From a candidate division WOR-3 bacterium (GTDB taxonomy: Bacteria > Hydrothermota > Hydrothermia > LBFQ01): a stretch of DNA of 63,245 nucleotides. Below, piece by piece: positions 21,562-31,279 of the stretch. Location of the stretch: positions 458-63,702 of the forward strand of contig JALUCS010000007.1 in NCBI GenBank assembly GCA_027050205.1. Reading direction: 5' to 3'. The translations under genes were made by a program, and so were the position numbers. The notes below the pieces were generated by a model. That model searched no databases and was not told where the DNA came from. It saw nothing but the letters and a program-made list of their open reading frames with translations. The first letter of the stretch is position 1. Each line of letters starts with the position of its first letter.

Positions 21562-23763
21562 TCACTTCAGGAGGAACTTCTGCTCCTCCTCGCTCTCAAG
21601 CTCCTCAATCTCCTTTACCTTCGTCCTCTTGAAGTTCCGGCTGTAGGAGTAGGAGAGGGAGAGGGTTATGACAGGTTTGGCGTATTGGGTTGTGGCGTGG
21701 CGGTAGAAGTTCTCGCCCGTTACGGTCAGGTCCTCCTTAAAGAGGGGGACGGGGTCGGTGATGCCGGCGTACACGTTAAAGCCCCTAATGCTGAAGTTGG
21801 CGCCTATGTCCAGATAGTGGTACGGGGCCACGCTCCCCCACACCAACCTGTAGGCTCCGGAGTATCCGTATCGCACCTGAAGTTGGACCGAACTTAGGTT
21901 TAGGCTCAAGACGGCGTAGGCCGACAGGTAATCGGAGGATACGTCCTCGTACTCGTACCGCATGGGCGATACGCCCCCCATAACGCCGACGAAACCCATA
22001 AGGAAGGCCTGAAGGGAAAGGTCAATGCCGTACTTCCTGCCGTAGCCCTTTGAGGATACGAAACGGTAGAGCGTTACGTCGTAGCCCTCAAACTTGCTCT
22101 CCCTGACGTCCTGTACGTTTTCGGTTGCGTCGTAGTACGCCTCGGCCGACAGGGATACGGGACCAAAGGCCCTCATCGCCCCAAGTTGTGCCTTGTAGTA
22201 GTACTCCGGGAGGAGGTTGGGATTGCCGAGCTGAACCAGATAGGTGGTCTGGACGACGTACATCGGGTAGATCATATAGTAGGGTGGCCTCCATATCCTC
22301 CGGCTAAAGGCCGCGTATATCTGACTTCCGGCAAAGCTTGTACTGACATTAAGGGATGGGAAGAGGTCTAGGCGGTTGATCTTGATGGTGTTCATAGAGC
22401 GGTCGGTGTACTCCGCCCTCAAGCCGAGACTGTAGTTGAAGCGGCCCACCTCGGAGGTGTAGAGCAGAAAGGCCGAGTGTATGTCCCTCCTGTATTTCAG
22501 GGTTTGGGGTGGTATGTCGGGGTAGGATATGCTCCCCAGAGCCTTCGTCGTGTCCAATCTGGATCCCCTTGACGGGTAGACTTTGATACCTAACTTCAGG
22601 TTCTTCAAGGAGTACTTGAGGGACAGGTACCCCCGGTAGGACTCCTCGTATCCTACCGTCTTTATGCCATAACCCGTGGTGGTATCCACCAAGTAGCTAA
22701 TGGAGCGGGGATAGTAGGAGGCGTATATCTCAAGGTTCAGCAGGCCGGACAGGACGTTCCTGGTGTGGGTAAAGGAGAGGAAACCCCTCGGTTTCCTTTC
22801 AAGCGAATGCTCGTAGAAGTTGCCTTCGTTTATCCCCTCCCTAACGGTCGGGATCGTTACGCCGTACTCGTTGAAAGCCCCACCCACCTCCAATTGGGTG
22901 GCCTCGGTCTGAAAGCCTGCGGATAGCCTTAAGATCCTACTGCACTGGTCCCAGATGCCCCTCACCTTCAGGGTGTCCCCTTCGTACACCATCACCTCTT
23001 CCCGTTTGAACTTCGTGCTGTTCTTTTGGGCGGAGAACTTTACGAAGTAGGAGACCTTATCAAGCGATAGGTAGGCGGCTAAGTTCCCCTTCAGGGTGCC
23101 GTGGTTGTTGCCCGTCACATCCGCCGAGAGACTGTAGCCACTGCTCCTGCGTTTCTTTAGGACTACGTTTATTATGGCATTACCCTCGGCGTCGTACTCG
23201 GCGGAGGGGTTGGTTATCACCTCTATCCGCTCTATCTGCGAGGCCGGTATGTCCTTCAGGGACAGGTTCGTAGGATGCCCATCAACGAAGAGGATGTAGT
23301 TGGAGCTTCCCCTTATCTTTACGTTCCCCTGCATGTCCACATCAACACCGGGGACGCTTCTAAGGACGTCCGAGGCGCTACCTCCACGACTGACTATATC
23401 CGCCGAAGGGGTTATAACCTTACGGTCCACCTCGTACCTCACCTTGGAGGGCGTAGCCTCAACGACGACCTCCTCCGTCCTTATGGGCTGTGGGGAGAGG
23501 GCTATCGTACCGATGTTGGTATCCCTCTCTATCTCAACCGGACCGACGAAGGTCTTCCTGTAGCCTATGAAGTCTGCGGAGATGAGGTATCTGCCAGCTT
23601 TGACGTTTTTGAGGACGAAGACCCCCTTCTCGTCCGTGTATGTGCCGGTCAGTTTGGACGTATCCTTTGGGTTGTGGAGGATTACGACGGCGTAGGCCAT
23701 AGGCCTGCCGCTTTCGGAGTCAATCACGCGTCCTGAAACGGTCAGAGCCATTACGATTAGCAT
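21562..23763 (-). CDS. TonB-dependent receptor / outer-membrane beta-barrel
   Basis: N-terminal carboxypeptidase-regulatory-like domain (SGRVID, TDEKGVF, FIGY); plug LRSVPGV..IRG..IERIEVITNPSAEYDAEG; GLRAEY, GNPNLLPE; AAGGAGG SD. Confidence 0.9.
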   Translation of the reverse strand: MLIVMALTVSGRVIDSESGRPMAYAVVILHNPKDTSKLTGTYTDEKGVFVLKNVKAGRYLISADFIGYRKTFVGPVEIERDTNIGTIALSPQPIRTEEVVVEATPSKVRYEVDRKVITPSADIVSRGGSASDVLRSVPGVDVDMQGNVKIRGSSNYILFVDGHPTNLSLKDIPASQIERIEVITNPSAEYDAEGNAIINVVLKKRRSSGYSLSADVTGNNHGTLKGNLAAYLSLDKVSYFVKFSAQKNSTKFKREEVMVYEGDTLKVRGIWDQCSRILRLSAGFQTEATQLEVGGAFNEYGVTIPTVREGINEGNFYEHSLERKPRGFLSFTHTRNVLSGLLNLEIYASYYPRSISYLVDTTTGYGIKTVGYEESYRGYLSLKYSLKNLKLGIKVYPSRGSRLDTTKALGSISYPDIPPQTLKYRRDIHSAFLLYTSEVGRFNYSLGLRAEYTDRSMNTIKINRLDLFPSLNVSTSFAGSQIYAAFSRRIWRPPYYMIYPMYVVQTTYLVQLGNPNLLPEYYYKAQLGAMRAFGPVSLSAEAYYDATENVQDVRESKFEGYDVTLYRFVSSKGYGRKYGIDLSLQAFLMGFVGVMGGVSPMRYEYEDVSSDYLSAYAVLSLNLSSVQLQVRYGYSGAYRLVWGSVAPYHYLDIGANFSIRGFNVYAGITDPVPLFKEDLTVTGENFYRHATTQYAKPVITLSLSYSYSRNFKRTKVKEIEELESEEEQKFLLK

Positions 23764-23867
23764 CTCCTACCTCCTTTAGTACGGCGGGGAGTTTATGGGG
23801 GACGGTACAGGGCCATCAGGCCTTTCGCCAAGGAGGTGGCGAACGTTTTGGTGCCAAAGTGCAGATT

Positions 23868-25025
23868 TTAGGTATGTATTCTTCTTTTGATAATATTTTC
23901 CCATTCAACGAGATGCTCCCTCTTTATGTCAGACGATTTCCGAAACTCATCCTTTAAATTTTCCGTATAACGGTCCAGAAATTCCCTAAGGTCCGGTACT
24001 ATCCTTAAATAGTACTTCAGGGATGTGAATATCCCGTTCGGTATGATCTCAACGCCGTACTTCACCTTTATGTCCCTTATGGCGTTTAACAGTTCATCGT
24101 AGTCGCCTCGGAAGTTGGGCTCCGCCGTGGTGAGGATGTAGTACTTCCTTACGGATGTACCCTTGACCTTGTTTAGAACGTCCTCTATCATCATTTTGTC
24201 AATAGGGATGTTATGCTTTACCTCCACTATTTCAAAGGGTGTTCCGTCCGAATTGTAGATCTCTATGTCTCCAAATCCCCTGTACCTGTCCGAAGCTGTA
24301 TGAGTTCTTAAGGGTTTTAAGATTTTATCCTCGTATATTTTTACATTTTCCTCAAAAATTTGATATATTGTATATATGGCAACTACCGGCAGGCGGGATG
24401 ACCTTCTCGTGGAAAAGTGCTCTCTAAGCATCCCGATCACTTCCTCTATGGTAAGTATGGCTTTCCTATCCCCCACTTTCACCTGTGCTACCAGCTCGTT
24501 TTCCCGCTCGTACTTCTCAAAGAGGAGGTATAGGAGGGTGAACAGATAGGCGTACGGATCGGCCCCGTTCTCCTCAACGTCATTTAAGATTGATAGAAAG
24601 GCCCTCTTAACCGCGCTGTTCCTTATCTTCCCCGGAAAGTCCATAGTAAAGGGATGGGGTTGCTCAATGGATCTGGTGAGCCAACCGCTCTCCTTCGGTG
24701 CAAACCTAATGAAATGTTCCTTCAACCACGGAGTTACGACGTTCGTGTCCAGACTCCGCCCTGAATACCCCCCTTCAAACTCCTCACGGTGCAATCTAAC
24801 GTCCTGTTCTGGCGATACTATCTTTTTAAGCAGGGAGGTTATCGCGACCGCCACGACTGACTTCTGGTTCTCTACGTTGGCTATCAGGGTTCTGGCCCAC
24901 CCCCTCTGCTCACCGGAAAGTTTCCCCATAAGCCCCTCGTCCCCTCGCTTCCGACTTTCCTTAACCTCCCGAAATATCCTATCCAACACCTCCCGGTACC
25001 TTTCCCACTCCCTCATACGAACCAC
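23868..25025 (-). CDS. Putative type II restriction endonuclease (PD-(D/E)xK)
   Basis: GDIEI...EIVEVKH catalytic-type motif; overlaps the MTase gene; visibly more AT-rich than its neighbours. Confidence 0.75.
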   Translation of the reverse strand: MVRMREWERYREVLDRIFREVKESRKRGDEGLMGKLSGEQRGWARTLIANVENQKSVVAVAITSLLKKIVSPEQDVRLHREEFEGGYSGRSLDTNVVTPWLKEHFIRFAPKESGWLTRSIEQPHPFTMDFPGKIRNSAVKRAFLSILNDVEENGADPYAYLFTLLYLLFEKYERENELVAQVKVGDRKAILTIEEVIGMLREHFSTRRSSRLPVVAIYTIYQIFEENVKIYEDKILKPLRTHTASDRYRGFGDIEIYNSDGTPFEIVEVKHNIPIDKMMIEDVLNKVKGTSVRKYYILTTAEPNFRGDYDELLNAIRDIKVKYGVEIIPNGIFTSLKYYLRIVPDLREFLDRYTENLKDEFRKSSDIKREHLVEWENIIKRRIHT

Positions 25026-26035
25026 TCCAGCGTACGTTGAGGTTTTACCTCTGCTATCCTTCTTCGGGCGTACTCGCAGTACTTTGGGTTTATCTCTATG
25101 CCGATGAAGTGCCTTCCCATTCTCTTCGCTACCACGCCCGTCGTGCCGGACCCCATGAAGGGGTCCAAAACCACGTCCCCCTCCTTGGTGAGGAGTTTCA
25201 GGAACTCCTGAACGATGTATTCGGGATACACCGCCGGGTGGATGTTCCCCTTTATAGTCTCCACGGGAGATTCAATTACGTCCCTTTTGATAGATCGCCC
25301 GTATATCCTTATGATGGTGAAACCGTCCCGTTCTATGTGTATCTTCCTACCACCTTCCTGCCCACCGTAAGGCATGGCATGTACTCCCCTTATCTTCATC
25401 CTGAAACCCTCAATTCGCCCCTCCTTAACCTCCCGTATTACCTCCATCAGCTCCCGCTTCGCCCGGCTCTTCTGCTCCGGTGTTAGATCCGACATTTCTA
25501 TAAGTTCAAAGTACCTCTTACCCAGATTGTTCCCCCTTTTTCTCTTCGTCCTCCTCAAAAAATCAACGTGGTTCAGGAAGGCGTCCCTGTTGAAATAGTA
25601 ATCGCCGGACTTTACAAAGATGAAGAAGGGTTCCGTAGCCGGTACGAGTTTCTTCCTGTCCTGCTTGGGAACAGGGTTGGGTTTTACCCAGGTCACCTCG
25701 TTTATTAGCTTTACCCCTGTCCTCTTCATCGCCTCTATAGCAAACCGATAAGGCACCAGTAGAAGGCTCCCCTCCTCGTACTTATCGCCCAAGTTGAAAA
25801 CTATACTCCCTGTGTCCTTCACAACCCGAACGCACTCTCTGAATATAACCATCAAATTGTCAATGTACTCCTCAACCGTTCGCTCGTTTCCTATTCCCCC
25901 CGCTCCGTAATCCCTCTGCCTGTAGTACGGGGGACTCGTTATTACAAGGTCTACGCTGTTGGATGGAAGGCGTCTCAAAACCTTCGCCGCATCACCGCAT
26001 ATAACTTTATCCAGAAATCCTTCCAACTCCCCCAT
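25013..26035 (-). CDS. Beta-class amino DNA methyltransferase (probably N4-cytosine)
   Basis: VITSPPY motif IV near the N-terminus, HPAVYP, and DPFMGSGTT motif I near the C-terminus. Confidence 0.93.
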   Translation of the reverse strand: MGELEGFLDKVICGDAAKVLRRLPSNSVDLVITSPPYYRQRDYGAGGIGNERTVEEYIDNLMVIFRECVRVVKDTGSIVFNLGDKYEEGSLLLVPYRFAIEAMKRTGVKLINEVTWVKPNPVPKQDRKKLVPATEPFFIFVKSGDYYFNRDAFLNHVDFLRRTKRKRGNNLGKRYFELIEMSDLTPEQKSRAKRELMEVIREVKEGRIEGFRMKIRGVHAMPYGGQEGGRKIHIERDGFTIIRIYGRSIKRDVIESPVETIKGNIHPAVYPEYIVQEFLKLLTKEGDVVLDPFMGSGTTGVVAKRMGRHFIGIEINPKYCEYARRRIAEVKPQRTLEWFV

Positions 26036-26148
26036 CGGCGTCCATTATACGGACGACCACCTCTATAAGCAGGAGGGCGACCATAAAGACCACAGGAGAC
26101 TCTACTGACATCGTTATACCTTTTCTAAGTTATAATACTCCCCGCCTT

Positions 26149-27315
26149 ATGATCCGCAGAATGTTAGGGGACGACCCCCTCCTCCTCTCTGTGGCCGACG
26201 AGTACTTCACAGGCAACCCCTACGGGGCCGTGAAGAAGGCGGAGAAAATATTCTTGGAGCGGCAGGACAGGTACTCCCTGACCCTCTTAGGCCTGACGAA
26301 ACCCTTCAACTTCTTCCCATCCCCGAAGGAGGCCCGGAGGCTGATCGTAATTTCAAGGGTCTTGGGGGTTAAGCTGTCCAGCCTGATGCTGAAGATTGCC
26401 GCACAGTCGGACGAGAGGGCGTTATCACTTGATTGGAAAGGGAAGGATGCGCTGGATTATCTGCGGGAAAATACGTTCTTTGACGATATAGAGGACGAGC
26501 GGGACGAGATGACCCTGTACACCTCCTTCAACTACGTCTATTCCATCAACCTAATGCCACCACCGGGGGAGTACAGGAACGCCTACGACTGTGGAAAACT
26601 TTACCACAGGACGCTTCTACTCATGTACCGCATAGGTGTGGGCCTCCTTCAGGAGGCTGTGGAGTTGGAGAAGGCCATAAAGGCTTTTGAGAGGGTGGGG
26701 GTCTACTTTGACGTCCTCCCCATTATAGTCTATTCCCTCGCTACCGGGGACGACTCCTACCTCTACAGGGCGAGGATATTCTACTCCCTCCTCGGAAACC
26801 GGGCGCTGAAGGCCCTCCTTGAGGGGGTAATATTCTTCCTGAATGGGGAGGAGTTTGAGACCTACGGCTCCCCCGTCCTTGAGCAGCTCAAGGACCCCGC
26901 GAAGGTGCATTACCCCGTTCTATCCCTTCCCATCCGCTTCGCCCGTACTATGATGGAGGGGAAGTTCTTCGTCTCCTTCGCCGGCGATGGGGGTATATAC
27001 CACAACTGGAAGAGGGTGAGGATTCCGAGATACGAATCGTCCTTCAAGGTGTTAGCATACTTCAAGGTGGGGTCCCACTTCTTCGGGGATGGCAGGAGGT
27101 TCGCCCTTGAGAACGCCCCTATCCTGTTTCCCAAGAGTCCCAACCCGAAAAAGACCACGTACGACTACCTCTCCCGCTTGGGCCAGCTACTTTACGCCCC
27201 TTCGGACCTCCTCCATTCCGTCAAGTACGGGACCTTCCTGTCCCGGAGGCATAAAGCGTGGGCCGTGAGGTTGAGGGAGGTACTCGCGTTTGATAAATTC
27301 ACGGTTCGGCCGTAA
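26149..27315 (+). CDS. Helical-repeat protein with putative C-terminal SARP/OmpR-like winged-helix domain
   Basis: FVSFAGDGGIY..VRIPR..FKVLAYF..LFPKS..KKTTYDYLSRL resembles the SARP wHTH pattern. Confidence 0.5.
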   Translation: MIRRMLGDDPLLLSVADEYFTGNPYGAVKKAEKIFLERQDRYSLTLLGLTKPFNFFPSPKEARRLIVISRVLGVKLSSLMLKIAAQSDERALSLDWKGKDALDYLRENTFFDDIEDERDEMTLYTSFNYVYSINLMPPPGEYRNAYDCGKLYHRTLLLMYRIGVGLLQEAVELEKAIKAFERVGVYFDVLPIIVYSLATGDDSYLYRARIFYSLLGNRALKALLEGVIFFLNGEEFETYGSPVLEQLKDPAKVHYPVLSLPIRFARTMMEGKFFVSFAGDGGIYHNWKRVRIPRYESSFKVLAYFKVGSHFFGDGRRFALENAPILFPKSPNPKKTTYDYLSRLGQLLYAPSDLLHSVKYGTFLSRRHKAWAVRLREVLAFDKFTVRP

Positions 27316-27670
27316 AATACTTATAAAGACGAGAACTTGCCGGCATCAGATCATTCTGGGGGATTCCGCTGATGGAATGGCGATTGCTCTACAGTCTCAT
27401 CAAGCGGGAAAATGCTACGCATTTTTGATATTTTTTTTGTGAATTGTTTCAATATCTTGCTCTATTTTTACTCATAACCTAAAAATATTGAAGTATTGTT
27501 AAAAACCATATTGAGCCACGTTCCATACAAACTCGGACAGTGGATAGGTACCTCTCTACCGGACATAAAAAATGATTTGGTTGTTGAAATAACCTTGTAT
27601 GCCACAATACGGAGAGATACGGTTTGTAAATTGAACCTACTGCTCCGGAGCATAATTGAGGGTCCTAATT

Positions 27671-28165
27671 TCACCTCAAAAACCTCATTATCGCAACGAT
27701 AACGCTTATTATCGCTATAGTCTGGGAGACCAAAAATATGAACATCCACTTGATGATGTCGGCTTTTAACCTTCCCATCTGCTCGTACATCTCGGAGCGG
27801 AGTATTTCTATCTTCTCTGCCATCTCGGCCCGTAGTTTCCCTATTTCATCGTGCATCTCGGAACGGAGGTTTTCTATCTTCTCTGTCATCTCGGAACGGA
27901 GCTTACCTATCTCGTCGTGCATCTCCGAGCGGAGGCCCTCAATCTTCTCATCCACTTCGGCGCTGTGCTGGGCAAAGAGCTTGTACATCTCGGAGCGGAG
28001 TTTCCCTATCTCCTCCGCCAGTCTTCGGGCGAACCTCTCCTCAAGGAGGCGGAAGAGGTAGTCCCTCGTCCTCTCCCTCTCCTCCTCAAGCACCTCAAAC
28101 AGGGCATTAACCCCGTCTTCACCGAGCTTTTCCCTTAGGGTGTTTAAAGCAGCGAGCCTACCCAT
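27671..28165 (-). CDS. DUF1640/CCDC90-like coiled-coil protein with C-terminal TM
   Basis: LREKLGEDG head, 11-aa repeats containing LRSEM, KADIIKWMFIF then a TM helix. Confidence 0.8.
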   Translation of the reverse strand: MGRLAALNTLREKLGEDGVNALFEVLEEERERTRDYLFRLLEERFARRLAEEIGKLRSEMYKLFAQHSAEVDEKIEGLRSEMHDEIGKLRSEMTEKIENLRSEMHDEIGKLRAEMAEKIEILRSEMYEQMGRLKADIIKWMFIFLVSQTIAIISVIVAIMRFLR

Positions 28166-28402
28166 TCCAACGTCTATTATAAGGGGGGAAAGGCGGCTAA
28201 AAGCCCTACTTCAAGCTCTATACCTCGGATTTTAAAATTTTGAAGATAGGTCTTAATTTTCCATAAATTGGGATTAGTAGCTCTTAGAACTAAAATGCAA
28301 TTTTTGGTAGGTGGGTGAAACGTCAAGCAGTCCCCCGCCCGTTTTCCGATACCAGCAACCTCCGTACCTGCTCCGTAGGTCCCACCTTAGAATACGTGTC
28401 GT

Positions 28403-29497
28403 ATGGAATCCCTCAAGAGCCTTCTGAAGAAGCTCATCCAGTTTGAGAGCGTAGCCGAAAGGCCGGACCAGCTGATAGCCGTCATAAACTACGCCGAAAA
28501 GTACCTGGAGCATCCCAACCTCCGTATAGACCGCTTTATGAAGGGGGAGAAACCCTCCCTGATAGTTAGCTTTAAGAGGAGCAACAAGGAGAGGCACTTT
28601 AAGGTCCTCTTCGCGGGCCATCTGGACGTCGTCCCCGCCCGTAGGGAGCAGTTCGTGGCACGGGAGGAGGGGGACAGGATATACGGACGGGGAGCCTTGG
28701 ATATGAAGGGACCCTGCGCCGTTATGATGCAGCTCTTCAAGGACCTCGCCGAGGAGGGAGCGGAGCCGGACATAGCCTTAATGCTAACTACGGACGAGGA
28801 GATAGGGAGCCAGAACGGTGTCAGGTATCTCCTTGAGGATGAGGGGTTCTCCTCCGACTTCGCCGTCATCCCCGACTCCGGGGAGGGCTTCCGTGTGATA
28901 ACGGAGGAGAAAGGGGCCCTCCACTTCCGCGTAACCTTCAAAGGGAGGCCTGCCCACGGCTCCATGCCCTGGTTGGGGGAGAGCGCGCTGGAGAAGGCCT
29001 TGGCCTTCTACGAGGACGTTAAGTCCGCCCTCCTCTACGACTCCGATGACCCCGAACACTGGCACAACACCCTAACCCTCGGAAAGTTGGTGGGAGGGCG
29101 TAAGGTAAACCAGGTTCCCCCCGAAGCCGAAATGGAGCTGGACTTCCGTTTCGTCCCGCCCTTCACCCTTGAGGAGGCCAAGGGACTCGTGTCCTACATA
29201 GCGAAGAAGTACAAGGCGGAGGTGGAGTTCCTCTCCGAAGGGCAGCCCTTCTCCACGGATCTGGAGCATCCCCTGTCTAGGCTCTTCATAGAGAGCGTCA
29301 GGGAGGTTTTGGGAGAGGTAAAGTTCGGGAAGACCCACGGCGCCACGGACGGTAGGTTCTTCGCAGCGAGGGGGATCCCCGTGGTGATGATATACCCGGA
29401 GGGTGGAGACATCCACGGGGATAACGAGTGGGTTAGCGTCCCCTCCTTGGAGACCCTGTACCGGATATTCAAGACCTTCGTAGGGAAATTGGGATAG
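28403..29497 (+). CDS. M20 family metallopeptidase/deacylase (DapE/ArgE-like)
   Basis: GHLDVVP, GRGALDMKG, DEEIG, GRPAHGS, ATDGRF and HGDNE motifs. Confidence 0.92.
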   Translation: MESLKSLLKKLIQFESVAERPDQLIAVINYAEKYLEHPNLRIDRFMKGEKPSLIVSFKRSNKERHFKVLFAGHLDVVPARREQFVAREEGDRIYGRGALDMKGPCAVMMQLFKDLAEEGAEPDIALMLTTDEEIGSQNGVRYLLEDEGFSSDFAVIPDSGEGFRVITEEKGALHFRVTFKGRPAHGSMPWLGESALEKALAFYEDVKSALLYDSDDPEHWHNTLTLGKLVGGRKVNQVPPEAEMELDFRFVPPFTLEEAKGLVSYIAKKYKAEVEFLSEGQPFSTDLEHPLSRLFIESVREVLGEVKFGKTHGATDGRFFAARGIPVVMIYPEGGDIHGDNEWVSVPSLETLYRIFKTFVGKLG

Positions 29498-29541
29498 CCA
29501 CCCCAGGATAGGGACGCTATCCCCTTAGAATCCCAACCCGT

Positions 29542-30255
29542 ATGGACGTTAAGTACAGGCGTATCCTCCTTAAGGTTAGCGGGGAGATCTTGGCCGGTGC
29601 CAAGGGGTTCGGGATAGACGCCCCCGTTCTTGATACGCTCTCGGACGAGATACTGGAGGTGTACGGTATGGGGGTGGAGGTCTCCCTCGTCGTAGGCGGT
29701 GGGAACATACTGCGGGGTACCCAGAGCGAGACCCTCGGAATAGATAGGGTGACGGGCGACTACATGGGTATGCTCGCCACTGTCCTGAACGCCCTCGCCC
29801 TCCAGAGTATCCTTGAGAAGAAGGGGGCGCAGACGAGGGTGATGTCGGCCATAGAGGTTTCACGGGTCGCCGAACCCTACATAAGGAGGAGGGCCATAAG
29901 GCACCTTGAAAAGGGGAGGATAGTCATATTCGCCGGTGGTACGGGGAACCCCTTCTTTTCTACGGATTCCGCCGCCGCCTTGAGGGCTTCGGAGATCGGG
30001 GCGGATGCCATCCTGAAAGGCACGAAGGTGGATGGGGTATATACGGACGACCCCGTCAAAAACCCACGGGCCAAGAAGCTCCGCAGGCTATCCTATACGG
30101 ACTTTCTGGTTAGGGACCTGAAGGTTTTGGACGCCTCGGCCGTGGATATAGCGAGGCAGTCGGGCATACCCATCGTCGTCTTCAACCTAACCAAGAGGGG
30201 GGAACTGAAACGGGTCGTCCTCGGTGAGGATGTGGGAACGGTGATACACTACTGA
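29542..30255 (+). CDS. pyrH: UMP kinase
   Basis: RILLKVSGE, VGGGN, DYMGMLAT and GTGNPFFSTDSAAALRA motifs. Confidence 0.97.
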   Translation: MDVKYRRILLKVSGEILAGAKGFGIDAPVLDTLSDEILEVYGMGVEVSLVVGGGNILRGTQSETLGIDRVTGDYMGMLATVLNALALQSILEKKGAQTRVMSAIEVSRVAEPYIRRRAIRHLEKGRIVIFAGGTGNPFFSTDSAAALRASEIGADAILKGTKVDGVYTDDPVKNPRAKKLRRLSYTDFLVRDLKVLDASAVDIARQSGIPIVVFNLTKRGELKRVVLGEDVGTVIHY

Positions 30256-30259
30256 CGCC

Positions 30260-31279
30260 TCAACCCGTCGTACGACCGTCCCGTGAAGCCACTCCGTACT
30301 CCCTCCCCCTCCAGACCACCTTCCCCCTCCTGTACCACCTCCAGGAGACGTACAGGGTCATCAGGAATAGGACGGAGCCGACGGTGGAGTGTACGAGGGT
30401 GTATAGGCGGGAGTGGGTGCGGAAGCGGTAGGCGAAGTAGAGGTTGGCGAGCAGAAAGACGCCCATGGCCGTCCCGTAATCTCCGTAGGCGGCGAGGCCG
30501 AAGGTGAAGGCCCATCCGGCCAGACTCTCAAAGAGGAGCATAAGGCCGTACCAGAGGCCCAACCTGGCTCTACCCTTCAGGAGGGGGACGAGGTTCTTCG
30601 CCCATCCCCTGACCATGTCCTCAAGAGAGGAGTACATGCGGGCCTTTACGCCGTACTTCCTGCCGTGCAAAAAGAGGAGCCTGTACCCCATCCGTTTCAC
30701 CCTCTCCGCCAGCCTGACGTCCTCTAAGATGTCGTACATAACGGCCTCGTGGGTGCCTGCGGCCTCGTAGGCCTCCCGCCTTATCAGGATGAACTGGCCG
30801 TTGGCCGCCGCTATCGGTGAGTCGGGGTCGCTCACCTTCTCAAGGGGGTAGAGGTAGCCGAGGAGTTTGAAGATGGCGGGCTGGAGGGCGGCCTCCCACG
30901 GGGAGCCGTAGACCTGTTCCGGGCTTACGGAGAGCATATCTACCTCCCGGAACCTCCGCAGCAACCTCTTCAGGCTGTAGGGGGAGAGTCTTACGTCTGC
31001 GTCCATAAAGAGCAGCGTATCCCCCCGACTCTCCCTGTACCCCCTCACAAGGGCGTAGCTCTTCCCTACGGCGCCCTCCGGCCTCTCCCCGTCCCCTATC
31101 CTCACGACTCTGGCAAACCCAAGCCTCCCAACGATGGAGGGGGTGGAGTCGTAGGAGGCGTCGTCCACGACGATTATCTCCCAGTCCTCATCCGTGTTCT
31201 CAAGGGCCTCCTTCAGGGAGAGGAGGCAGTCTTCGGCGTTCTCCTCCTCGTTCCGCATAGGGACTATCGCCGATATCAT
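30260..31279 (-). CDS. GT2 glycosyltransferase (CrtQ/HpnB-like)
   Basis: VPMRNEE, VDDAS, GK..AL, MDAD, ANGQFIL, EDV.LA and RMY motifs; C-terminal TM helices, VWRGR. Confidence 0.85.
   Translation of the reverse strand: MISAIVPMRNEEENAEDCLLSLKEALENTDEDWEIIVVDDASYDSTPSIVGRLGFARVVRIGDGERPEGAVGKSYALVRGYRESRGDTLLFMDADVRLSPYSLKRLLRRFREVDMLSVSPEQVYGSPWEAALQPAIFKLLGYLYPLEKVSDPDSPIAAANGQFILIRREAYEAAGTHEAVMYDILEDVRLAERVKRMGYRLLFLHGRKYGVKARMYSSLEDMVRGWAKNLVPLLKGRARLGLWYGLMLLFESLAGWAFTFGLAAYGDYGTAMGVFLLANLYFAYRFRTHSRLYTLVHSTVGSVLFLMTLYVSWRWYRRGKVVWRGREYGVASRDGRTTG

Noticed and set aside
27468..27749. Short ORFs on both strands in the AT-rich gap
   Set aside because: They overlap the coiled-coil gene and have no recognisable motifs or start signals.
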